From Azolla caroliniana (lineage: Eukaryota > Plantae > Polypodiophyta), in assembly GCA_043228905.1 (NCBI GenBank), contig JBHGNT010000001.1:17050001-17114000 (forward strand): DNA of 64,000 bases, in the 5' to 3' direction. Below, piece after piece: positions 1 through 10,965 of this stretch. Made by a program: the position numbers and the translations under genes. Numbering within the stretch: position 1 is the first letter of the stretch; each line of letters starts with the position of its first letter. The notes below the pieces were generated by a model that had not been told where the DNA came from, did not search any database, and saw nothing but the letters and a program-made list of their open reading frames with translations.

Positions 1-170
1 GTCAATCTTTGGGAGACATGGTTGGCTTCCCATGTTTGGAGGAATGCGTACACGTGTGCCTCCGCGTCGGGCTCATCCCGGTACTTTGGGTATGGGTACG
101 GCATCGTGTCGTCCAACTAACTCTCCTGCTCTCTTCGCTCTCTGTCCGTTGTCGGCGTTGGTGTGAGAAC

Positions 171-295
171 CTTCGGTTCCTCCGCGGTTGGTGCCGGTAT
201 CCCCGCCTTCAGTTCCTCCGCGGGTGTTGCCGGTGTCCGGTCCTTTGGTTCCTCCGCGGGTGTTGTCGGTATCCGCTCCTTCGGTTCCTTCACGG
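171..295. repeat. 36-bp coding minisatellite (about 3.5 copies) in element B gag, encoding a PTTPAEEPK-type linker
   Basis: Units cttcggttcctccgcgggtgttgtcggtatccgctc start at 171, 207, 243 and 279. The fourth unit resumes at 6940 after the insertion. Confidence 0.85.
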
Positions 296-754
296 TGTCG
301 AGGTATTCCTCGCGGATGCGTGGAATGAGGCGAGGCCTCGGGGGTCTTGTACTGAAGAGCAAGAGACAAAGGAGAAGGGAAGGGACCCAATACTTGTGGG
401 CGTAGATTCACCGGGGCACGGCCCTTCGACACAAAGACGCGAGTGGGACACCGACGCAGAGAGACACGAATGTATGTATATATATATTAACAAGGACAAA
501 CAACAAGAAGCACGAAGTTGGTTACAACCGAACAGGCCGGCGAACAGATGCCGATGCCTGTTCGTAAACGCTCAGAAAGAAAGGAGTAGGTTGGAGGTGC
601 TGCCGGAAGCACTCGGGCATTCCTCAGAGCAGCGCAAGCCTCCCGAAAACCTGCACAGAAAGAAGCTACGGAGTATGGAAGAGAGAGAAGCCTTCGGCTG
701 ACAACCCGACAGCACTTCGTCCTCTCTAACCGCGATCCTTCCCCCCTTCTCGTC
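296..754 (-). repeat. 3' LTR of element A, lacking the U3 end and PPT
   Basis: Matches 6337-6754, then joins directly to the integrase C-terminus at ttctcgtc|gtcgtga. Confidence 0.88.
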
Positions 755-3700
755 GTCGTGACGCTTCTTGAGCGCTTTGATCCGCTTCCCAGCTACCGGT
801 ATCGCCATTCTCGTGCCGTCGAGTTCCGCCAGATGGTACGTCCCGTTGTTGTTGGCGCTTTGTACCACGTAAGGCCCGAACCATCTTCTTGCGAACTTCC
901 GTGTCGCTCGGTGCTGGTTGTCGAGGCTGCTGTCGTAGACTAGCACCCAGTCGCCTTCCTCGATCTTCTTTGGTCGGAGCCGGTGCGTCCAGTCGAACCG
1001 GGCTTTGTTCCTCGTCCTTGCCACCCGAAGCTTTTCCGCAGCCCGCTCCACGTCCTCCGGCCTTCGCTCGAGCTGTCGTATGCGCGCCGCCAATAGTTCC
1101 TCCCGGCTCATCTCGTCTCTCCAGTCCACGGTTGCCCATGAGGAGATCGTACGTTCCATCGGCATGATCGGCTTCTGCCCAAACATGAGCTCTGCCGGCA
1201 TGAATCTGGTTACCGAACTGTGCGTAGTTCGGTCAGCCCACAACGCGTAAGGCAGCAGCCGCGGCCAGTTCCCGACTTGCCCTCCGCATGCCCGAACTAA
1301 CGCCTTGACGATCGGTCCGTGTCCGCGCTCCACCTTCCCATTCGCCTCCGGATTGTACGCAGTGGTAAGCGAGAGCTTGACTCCTAGCCGGTCGAACAGC
1401 TCCTCGGCCTCTTCCGCGTCCAACTCCCCGCGATCAGCCATGATCTTCCCGACGCACCCGTACCGGCATATCACGTCCTCGATCAGGAATCGACATACGG
1501 CCGCGGTCGTTTTGTTCTGAAGGGCTCGGCCTTCCACCTGGTTCGTCAGATCCTCCCGAGCCAGGACCAGATACCGCATCTGTCCTACTCCCATCGGCAT
1601 CGTCACCAGATCTACCATCCATTTGAAGTGGATGGTCGGAGGGTACGTAGGGTGAAGCTCGTCCCGAGGTCGGACTATGGAGTGCATCTAACAGCTCTCG
1701 CAAGTTGTCACGAACCGATGCACGTCCCGGTACAGTCTCGGCCACCAGTACTTCCCCTTTATCTTCTCGAACGTGGCCCACGTTCCACGGTGTCCAGCCC
1801 AAGGGCTGTCGTGGTAGGCCGTCAGCAACTCCTCCTGTTCTTCCTTCATCGCCACCACCTGGAGCGGGACTCCGTTCCTCTTCTTCGGGTGCTTCCATAA
1901 GTATCTGTCCCAGAGAAAGAATCGGTATGCTTTCTTCCGGATCCGGTTGGTCTCGTCCTTCGTCCATGACTCATCCGGCGTCATTGTCCTCAAGAAACCA
2001 CCGATCTGTAGCCACTCGTCGTCGTACTTGCTCTCGTCGAAGCCGTTAAGCGCCGGAGTGCTCATCCCATCGGTCGTCACGTACGCTGCCTTGAAGAAGT
2101 CCACGCCGACTTCTTCGTCCTCCGAAACCATGCTGCCCTCGTCATCAAACCTCGCCCTCGAAAGCATGTCGGCCATGGCGTTGTCCTTTCCGGAAATGTG
2201 TCGTATTTCCGGGTCCAGGGACTTGATGTACGCTATCCACCTGAGCATCGCCAGGTCTGGTGTCGCGCATCCGGAAACCATGCCGAGAATTGGGAGGCAA
2301 TCCGTCTCGATAATCACCTCTATCCCGATCAGGTAGTCTTTGTCGGCCTTTACTGCCGAAACGATACCCCAGAGTTCGCGTTTAACCTGGGCGTACCCTC
2401 GCTGTCGCTCACTGAGGACCTTCGCGCCGAATCGGATCGGGAACCGAATGCCGTCCTCGTCTTCTTGGTTGACGACCCATCCGATCCCGGTCGGACTCGT
2501 ATCCACCGTTATGTATACCGGGGTACCCTTCCCGTAGACAGCCTTCTGGAGCGCCGGTGCTGCCGCAAGAGCTTCCTTCAGCTTCCGAACCGACTCCGTG
2601 TGGTCGTCTCGCCACTCGAATTTTCGTCCCTTCTTCAGCAACCCGTATAGCGGCTCCGCAACGTGGGCGTAATGCAGGATCCATATGTGGTAGAATGCGC
2701 ATGCCCCCAGGAACCTCCGAACCTCCGTAACCGAGCTACAGTCGGTCTTCATCGCGGAGATGGCTTCTACCTTTGCCGGATACGGCTTCCGGCCATATGG
2801 TCCACATAGGTGTCCGACCACCAGGATTTCTGATTGCCCGAAGGCCGATTTCTCCCCGGAGAAGGAGAGCCTCGCATCCTCTAACCTTTGTAGCACCTTC
2901 TCGCAGTCGTTGATGTGTGTTGCCACGAATCGCCGGCACCCATCCGGCCCAAGTGTCTCGTCCTTCTCTTCCACCGGGCACCCTTTGATCGGGATGTCGT
3001 CTAGAAATGGCATGGTGATGTCCGGGATGCAATCCCTCAGTACCTTGTTCATTGCATTCACCATGTGGGCCACCGAGTTGGTCCTTGTGGCAGGGTACAC
3101 ATTCGCACTAGGCCGAGGGGAGTTCGCATCGTCGTAATGTCTCTGCTCTCCACGGCTAGCTGGAACTAGTCGTACCCCGAGTACAGATCACCGACCGAGT
3201 AAATCGACCTTCCGGCGAAGGCCTCCGTGAACTCGTCTATGGTCGGTCCGATTCCTGCGTTCCGAATGGTCACTCTGTTGACCGGCTGCAGGTCTTGAAT
3301 GAAGCGCAATGTTCCGTTTTTCTTTGGTACGGTAAACCATCGGTTCGAGTATGGGGCACTCGACGGTTCGAGAATGCCCATATCGACTTTCTGCCTCAAT
3401 AGCTCCATCAACTTCGGGATGTGAGCTCTCGGTACTGGAATCGGCTTGAGATTCCACGGCACATGCGGTACCGTGAATATCACCATCGGCTCCACGATTG
3501 TCGGGTCTACGCACCCGATTTCTTCCGGTGAGAATGCGAAGGCTTTCCCGTGCCTTCCGAGCATTCTCCGAAACCAGTCTTCCTCCGTCGGCAGTAGGAA
3601 CCCGCCCCCACCGATTTTGAGCTCCCGGAGCGTCCCGTCGGTGAAGGTGTGTCCTATGCAGACCGGATCTCGTAAACTGGGATCCGACGCAACCCCTCTG

Positions 3701-6293
3701 ATTCGGGATTCGCTGCCCTCCGGTAAGGGTGCCGCGACTGGCCTTACCTTCCGGTCCACAGTCTTGTACTTCGTGCTAACTCAGGCCGTCCGATCCGACC
3801 CGAGCCCCTGACTGAAGTTCGCGATGACTTCGTACATCTCTTCGGAACATACCGGTATCATCCGGTCTTCGTTAAGGTCTTCTCCAACTACCTTCCTCAG
3901 CATCCCCAAGGTGTCGTCGAAGGAGACCGCCTCCACGGCTCCGCTGATTTCCTCGTCCGGGCCGAGAACTCCGCACTCTCGAAGTCGCTCCTCCGCCCTT
4001 GCCTTTTCTCAGCCAACGATGCCGACTATCATACACCCTCCGTTGTTGGAGAAGAAAAATTTTCTACCTATCGTACAAGGTTTCTTCGGTTTCGGTTCTA
4101 TCGTACAGCTGTGGGGTCTTTCCCGAGTGTCCGGACTGTCTCGGCCCCACGCCTTGGCAGCCCTCTCTAAAAATCCTCTCGGTTCTCGTCACCAAGGGAT
4201 TCGCGGTTTCGCTCGTGGTTCGGCCACACCGTCAGAAATTGGACCGAATGGCGCCCGTCCTGGCTTTTGACCCTCGCGTAGGCCGAACCGTTGTCCAGCA
4301 CCTTGGTCTCCATTCATGCCGCCGTGATGTATGGTTCCCCTAATATGACCGGGTGCGAGGACGTCTCCTGTACGAAGAAGTGCTGGTCAATCTCGACGTC
4401 GCTGATCTTGACTCGCACGTTCGGGCAGGCCCCATGCAGTTCCTCGGTGGCGCGCGTCGCCGCCCGTATCTTCCACCCGTGCTTGGTGTTGATCGGCCAC
4501 TTTCCCTTCTTATAGAAGTCCATGGACATCAGGTTTATTTCCGAACCGTGGTCCACCAGTGCCACCACCGGTTCCTGAACATCTCCGATCTTTACCGGGG
4601 TCTCCGTGGTCGCTCGGGCCCACTGTGGCCTCGAATAGTGGCTCTCCGCCCACTCATCTTCCAGCGCCAAGTCGTCGATGTGCGTCGTCCGCACCTCCAC
4701 CGGTCTTTCCAGTTCCGTCTCCGTCGACAGCCTCTTCCGCTTCACCAAGTCCACAATGGAGTCGTGGAACTCCTTCTTAGCGATCCCTAGCACCTCCCGC
4801 AATGACAGCTCCACTTTGCTATCGAGGATCCGTTCTTCTAGGACCTTTCGTAGGTCCGTGGTCCTTTCTATTTCCGTCCCCAGTCGGTATCCGCCCTTCC
4901 TAGGGTTATCTTGCGCGCTGGACCCACCGGCATCGTTCCGTCGTTGCCCGAATCGGGTCTCGTATCGTTGTGAGGGCCCGGCCGCTCCGGCTTTCCCTAC
5001 TCGTTTGTCTTCTACCAGAGCCTCGTAGTTCCGGCAGGCGGCTTCTACGAAGCCCGTCTTCTCCTCAACCGGGTCGCTCCACCCGGTTATTTCCCGGACC
5101 CGTCTCTCAACGTGGTCCGCTTCATCTTTCCTCAGTCGTGCGCCGGCGAGGCCTTCCAGCATTGCCGACCAGAATCCGTCTTTGCTCTCCTTTCGGGCCT
5201 TGCTGCCCCCGACCCGAATACCGGCCGACGCCGAGTAGTGGATGGCCTCCACGTGTCGGGCCGCTGCCTCTTCCATCAGTCTCTTCATACCTCCTCGCCC
5301 GTCGTTCCGGTTTAGGGCCCTTCTGGTATCGCCGGCGTGCACCCGGCCTTCCCATAGGTACACCACCCGGTTCTTCAACGCCTCTGCGAAATCGCCGCAG
5401 TCCTTCCGAATGTGGCCGACCTCGTCGCACCACATGCACTTGTTCCCTGCTACCGGTCGTCGGTCACGAGCCGGTTCGCCGCCTTCCCTTCGAGCCTGGG
5501 AGATCTGGAGATCTTTTATCGCCCGCGTCAACTCCTCCAGCGCTGCTCCTCAGGACGAGCCATTGACCATGCCGGTCGAAGCCGAACCGGTTTCGAGCCA
5601 CTCCCGGGTCTCTTCCCTTCGCCCTTGCGGTGCCGGTTCAAGCTTCCTTGTTGTGACAGAGCCCGCACCGGCCGCCCCGTTATCAGCCCATTCTCGTCGT
5701 TTGTCGAAACGGCCACAGACTCTCTTAACCGCAGCCCAGTCGGTCGTCAGCCCGTCTTCGGTTTCCAGCAAGGAGCCGACTTGATCCCGGTCCCGCTCGT
5801 CCACCGACTTGACGAACAGTAGGACCCGGCTCGTATCCAAAATGGTTCGGTCAAGCGCCGAAAGGCGCGCAAAGCGTTCTTCAAACTCCCGGAGGAGTGC
5901 CGACGCGTTTCTTCCCTTGCCGGGGGCCTCCACCCATTCCATGAAGTCCCGTTTCGAAAGCCGGAGCGCGTCGTCCAGCCCGTATTTTTCTAGGAGTCGG
6001 CCTTCGAACTCCTCCCAGGTACGACTCTCCGCCCGCACCTCGAGCACCTCCGCATGGATGCTCGGCATCGCCACTCGAGGGAACCCGGCAAGACGCCTCT
6101 CTTCCGGAATGTCCCGCATCAGCATTTCTACCCCGTAGGACGCCAAATACTTCGTGGCATCCTTTCCGCTGAACCGGCCGATCGTACCGACGACCGCCTC
6201 AATGGCTCTGTCGAGGGCGCCGGTGCCCTCGCGTGCGCTCAATATCCGATCCACGGCTGAAGCCATGGCCTCTGCAAGATCCGACCCCCTCAT
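755..6293 (-). pseudogene. gag-pol of element A, broken by stops and frameshifts
   Basis: Zinc knuckle CMWCDEVGHIRKDC, protease LVDHGSEIN, RT DLYSGYD...PFLDDIPIKG, RNase H TVDTSPTGIG, integrase HHCC (HDSPWAGH...CESC), core DRGE/NGKVER and GPY motif (WFGPY). Confidence 0.92.
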
Positions 6294-6315
6294 CTTCTGC
6301 TCTTCTGCCGCCTCT

Positions 6316-6333
6316 TTCACGTCGGGTTCACCA
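6316..6333 (-). promoter_or_regulatory. Primer-binding site complementary to cytosolic tRNA-Trp(CCA)
   Basis: TGGTGAACCCGACGTGAA lies 3 nt from the LTR end. It is the complement of the plant tRNA-Trp 3' end ...TTCACGTCGGGTTCACCA (from memory). Confidence 0.88.
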
Positions 6334-6336
6334 AGA

Positions 6337-6939
6337 TGTCGAGGTATTCCTCGCGGATGCGTGGAATGAGGCGGGGCCTCGGGTGTCTTGTACCGAAGAG
6401 CAAGAGACAAAGGAGAAGGGAAGGGACCCACTACTTGTGGGCGTAGATTCACCGGGGCACGGCCCTTCGACACAAAGACGCGAGTGGGACACCGACGCAG
6501 AGAGACACGAATGTATGTATATATATATTAACAAGGACAAACAACAAGAAGCACGAAGTCGGTTACAACCGAACAGGCCGGCGAACAGATGCCGATGCCT
6601 GTTCGTAAACGCTCAGAAAGAAAGGAGTAGGTTGGAGGTGCTGCCGGAAGCACTCGGGCATTCCTCAGAGCAGCGCGAGCCTCCCAAAAACCTTCGGCCG
6701 ACAACCCGACAGCACTTCGTCCTCTCTAACCGCAATCCTTCCCCCCTTCTCGTCTCCCTCCTTTTATAGGCAAGGAAGGAGCCGTTTCCCATTAACTTCC
6801 TACCTACCGAATCTACCTACCTAGGATCTTCTATGTACCTAATTCTCTCTTATGTACAACATAAGGCGTACGTGCATGAAGAGCCGGTTCCTACGCTCCG
6901 GTGCACCGATTCCGCTTGTGGACGGTTTTCTTCACGACA
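6337..6939 (-). repeat. 5' LTR of element A (603 bp)
   Basis: TGTCG...CGACA termini. TATA-like CCTATAAAAG on the minus strand near 6765. Adjacent PBS. Confidence 0.9.
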
Positions 6940-7449
6940 GCGGCTGTTGTCGGTATCCGGTCAGCCTCCCTTGGCGATTGCCGGTCACCGAACTCCAAGG
7001 TTATTTCTTCCTCTGGCTCCGGTGTTACTGAGTCTTCCGACTCCTCTTCCCCCGGGTCATTTGGTGTGTCGTGGCTGCTTTTATACCGGGACGCAACGCT
7101 TCCGTCGCTTTCCGACTCCGCCTCGAGTGTTGCGAATGCTTCCGAGTCCCCGTCGCCACCGGCGAGCGTCTGTAGTATCGTTTCCGCCTCTTGCAGGCTT
7201 GTTATGCTACTGCCTTCGTCGGGGACTTGCAGAACCCGGACCTGCAGTGCTTCTTCTGCGACTCTCCGAAGAGTTCTGGAGAATGACCGATCTCGCCGGA
7301 TCTCGTCGACGGCTTGTTGTAGGGCTTCCCGTCGTTGCTCTCGTTCGGTGTATCGTCTCCCTCGTTCGGTGATGTGGTCGTCGTTTGGTCTAGACATCCA
7401 TCCCCCGGTTGTCCTCTGCACTTTGCAGGAATCGTGGTCGCCAAAATAG

Positions 7450-7839
7450 TGTTGTCTGCCTGGCCGGACTAGCCACAACACAGGTGTCTATCCGACACTT
7501 CTCCAAAGGGGGTGGTAAGGATTGGATGCTAGGTTACACGCGTAAGATGATTACACTAAGCACAGACGGTAAAACAATACAAAGACAAAGATAAACACGC
7601 AATAAGTATAATTGTATTACTTCCGTAAAGCATTTACAAATCATCGGATCCTTTTATAGGCATCCGGCAAGGTTACAATCGGTGCGCTTAGGCAACCGGC
7701 ATCCGAATCGGTCCGGATCCGGATCGGTACAACTGTACCGGATCCGTCCCTCCGAATAATAAATATACTATTATTTACTTCCTATTATTCGATCCGACTC
7801 CGCCTTCCCACTTGTCCTTGCTCTTCTGACCGGCCAACA
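7450..7839 (-). repeat. 5' LTR of element B (390 bp)
   Basis: TGTTG...CAACA termini. Shares blocks with LTR 20290-20753 (gtgtc..gacactt, catttacaa, ttttatag, gatccggatcgg). Confidence 0.85.
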
Positions 7840-9559
7840 GTAATGCTTCCTGTGCGGCCAGGTCTTCTTTGAGAACGGCAAGCTCTTGTGCTTGCGTTGT
7901 AATTATATCCGGGTTTGTTCCCGGCACCGGGGTCGTATTATTATGTACATTTGCCGGTGTTTCATTATTCTATACATGTAATGGAGCCACCGGTTCCTGT
8001 TCCTGGGGTCTTGTGATGACCTTCTTAGCCAATTCTTCCTTGGCTATTTCCACTTCTTGTTCCAAGCTCCGGATCCTTGACCGGGCCTTCTCTAGTTCTC
8101 TAGTTGTGGCTAGAAACTGATCCACTTGTGCTTTCTCCTCTGCCTCCATATAATGGACCACTCCGGCTATTTGCTCACCGATCCACCACAACCATTGGCT
8201 GTCGGTGCCTTGTGGTTGTGTCAGCACAAAGGGTTGGCCGATTTCTACGCTTGTCGGTGTTCGATCATGTCTGGTTGGCAACTCTAGCTCTGGTTGGGTA
8301 CCACTTGGCAGTACCGGCTTTGGTTGTGCCTCAGTCGGCTGTTCCAGCTCTGGTTGGTCCTGGTGTGCCGGTGATGTAGACAACTGAATCACCGACTCCT
8401 GAATCACGAGTCTTGTCATGCTCTGACCCGCCGGCGGAGCCTGCGGCGCAAGGACTTCTGTGACCGGTTTTGTTTGAACCGGTTCCACTTCCACCCTTGG
8501 CTTTGGGTCCTCAGTGCGGGGTATCGGCGTCCTATCATTTTCTGAACCCGATTGCTGCCCGGCATGGTCTGCAGTGCTCTTCTTTTGGCGCCGCTGGAGG
8601 TGCTCGTTAGGCTGCTCTGCTATTTCCTCCTCCTGAGTCCCAAGATTGATTTTCATGGCCAAGGGATTTGGCTCCTATTGACCCGGTCAGCGAAATCTAA
8701 TTTTTATTAGCCATGCCGGTGTTTCCTCCTGCGTCTCCGCCTGGTTAGGCCGCTCGTTCGTCGTTTTCTCAGTGTCAGCCTCCTTCCCCTTGGTTGCCTT
8801 AACAACCAATAGCTGCTACCATTTTGAAGCCGGTTTGGAGGTTCCTTCGGCTGATCTTCCCCGCTTCTTTGCCATGTTGCGCTCCACTAGTGGTGCTAAC
8901 AGTGTGAGCCATTGCGCCATCGCCGACCATATTTTCCTTCCATCCTTCCCTCTTACCGAGTCGATGGCTACGCGCAGTCCGTCGGCGATCAGCACCGACC
9001 AGTCCACCTGTAGACCTTCATATGTGGCGATAATTAACCCGGCTCTGTTCCTAGGCATTGTCGGGGGTCGAGGGTACACATGGCCATACTCGTGCAGTAC
9101 ACGAGCAATCTCTCGAAATAAGCCATCCTCGCCGCCTTGTGTGCGATATGCCTTGCTGGCAAAAGAACACTCACCGAACTATTTCGTGAGCTGCTCTGGG
9201 GTAAGGTTGTCGATGGTGAAGATGCCGCCCTCGGGTAGGCCCGTCAGGGCATGGATGGCCTCCTCTATGATTACTTCTGTGTCGATGGCTCTGACAACCC
9301 TTTCCGCCTCTTTGTGTGGTGGTGCCTCCATGATGCTCAAGAATCCTTCCAGTCTGTGTTGCTTTAACCACTTCTTGGATGCCTTAGAGTGCGTCATGCA
9401 GTCCATTTCTCCTTCTGAGTCGGTAGTTGCTGGTGAGGTAGGTGCGTTAGGGAGCTCTAGGTGCTCACGTCTGATTATCTTCAATCGCTTGTGTGCGTTT
9501 GCAATTCTCTGTTCGCGAAATGAGAAGGCCTCCATGCGGTGTAGGTTTTCCTTCTGCAT
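7840..9559 (-). pseudogene. Extra ORF 3' of pol in element C (env-like position), degraded
   Basis: Collinear ORF pieces at 9179-9559, 8816-9079 and 7970-8662: a globular N-terminal part (...LIIATYEGLQVDWSVLIADGL...), a P/Q/E-rich linker and a coiled-coil-like segment. Cut at 7840 by element B. Confidence 0.7.
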
Positions 9560-10170
9560 GTTCGCGCCTTTCTTGATTCTTGCGCATGCGCACGTCGTGT
9601 ACTATAATGGTAATGAAGTGCCACGTGGCGGCATTTTAATGCGTTATAAATAGCCCACTACTTGGCTTTTCAAAGTGCCCGTTCACCCCTCCTTTTCATT
9701 GCATGTGGTCGTTCGCTCCTCGCCATTGCATAGTTTGGGTTCGATTTTTATTTATTTATTTATTTTTTTTAATTCGATCTTGTTAATATGTATCCAGCAC
9801 AAACGGACCCTTCTCCGGATTGTGCTTGCCGATTGCATGACCGGTTATCGTCTCGTCGTGCTTACTGGTGTCGCGAAAATACGACGAGGACACGTGAACT
9901 TGAGGCAGGACCAGGGGCCTCCGACTAGAGGATATTAGATTCGTATGTTTATATTAAACAATTAATAGAAATAAGAAAGATTGACAAATTTCATTAACAA
10001 ATAGAAAGAAAGATTACAATCAATCCCAAGATTGGGATTACAAAAGTTTAGCTTATGGAGATTGCTAGAGTAATAGATTAGAAGAATTTGAGATATGGAT
10101 TCGATAGAAAATTGGGGTTTTTGGCTTTGATAAGAGATTTTAGATTTTGAGAGATATGGCTTCCATAGGG

Positions 10171-10338
10171 AAAATTAGGGTTTATGGCTTCCGTAAGGAA
10201 ATTTAGGGTTTTTGGCTTGCGTAAGGAAATTTAGGGTTTTTGGCTTCCGTAAGGAAATTTAGGGTTTTTGGCTTGCGTAAGGAAATTTGGGGTTTATGGC
10301 TTCCGTCAGGAAATTTAGGGTTTATGGCTTCCATAAGA
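10171..10338. repeat. 28-bp tandem repeat x6 containing the TTTAGGG/telo-box motif
   Basis: Unit aaatttagggtttttggcttccgtaagg, with starts 28 bp apart from 10171. Confidence 0.9.
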
Positions 10339-10721
10339 TAAGAGAGCTAAGAAGGAAAAGAAAAATAATGGAGAGAGCATGAGTGTAGGAAAAAAAATGG
10401 AATATATATGGACTTCTCCGTTGATCATAGCCTTCAATGTTACTTTGTATGTCCACTTTTAGTTGCATAGCCTCTACTTTTAGTTGCATCCATTTTTAGT
10501 TGCATGGCTTTTTCTTTTAGTTGCATGCGACCGTCCACATGACCTTTACTTTAGTTTTCTTTACTTTACTTTAATTAGCCACATGATCCTATCATCTGTT
10601 TGTCTTGATCGCTGCCCATCCAATTCGTCTGGTCCGTGTCCAGCCTCGTCCGGTCGCCGGTTTCGTCCAATCGCCGGTTGTCGGATCCGCCCAGTTTCCG
10701 ACACCATCCAATTCTGATTTC

Positions 10722-10965
10722 TCCGGTTCCAGTTTGCTTACCAGCCAATTCCGGATTGCTTACCGGCCGGTTCCGGTTTGCTTACCGGTCGATTCCGGAT
10801 TGCTTACCGACCGGTTCCGATTGTCTTACCGGCCGGTTCCGGTTGTCTTACCGACCGGTTCCAATTTGTTTTCCGGCCGGTTCCAGTTTGCTTTCCGACC
10901 GGTTCTGGTTTGCTTACCGGCCAATTCCGGATTGCTTACCGGCCGGTTCTGGTTCCATTACTGGC
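10722..10965. repeat. About 20-bp CCGG-rich tandem repeat inside the solo LTR
   Basis: About 12 degenerate copies of ccggttccggtttgcttaccgg. Confidence 0.85.

Larger units (their letters stand above)
296..6939 (-). mobile_element. Ty3/Gypsy element A (TGTCG...CGACA lineage), near full length, with a truncated 3' LTR
   Basis: Direct repeats at 296-754 and 6337-6754 (about 9 substitutions plus one 41-bp indel). Termini TGTCG/CGACA. 4-bp TSD ACGG(292-295)/GCGG(6940-6943). Domain order gag-PR-RT-RH-IN. Confidence 0.93.
1..7839 (-). mobile_element. Ty3/Gypsy (Athila-like non-chromovirus) element B: 5' LTR, PBS and start of gag. Continues off the left edge and is interrupted by element A at 296-6939
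   Basis: LTR 7450-7839 (TGTTG...CAACA). PBS TGGCGACCACGA at 7432-7443 (-). Gag at 6940-7400 and 1-295 is homologous to element C gag (EIRRDRSFSRTLRRVAEE / YPKYRDEPDAEAHVYAFLQTWEANHVSQRLT). Confidence 0.85.

Noticed and set aside
9-701. 230-aa + strand ORF with repeated RFLRGCCR
   Set aside because: Antisense reading of the 36-bp gag minisatellite running into an LTR.
5550-6473. Gag apparently starting inside the LTR, and a possible programmed readthrough at 5550
   Set aside because: The upstream extension is LTR/PBS sequence. The TGA is in frame, and the element has several other disabling lesions, so decay is the simpler explanation.
10171-10338. CRISPR-like or true telomeric array
   Set aside because: No unique spacers, no cas genes, and no contiguous (TTTAGGG)n. 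It is an LTR-internal minisatellite.
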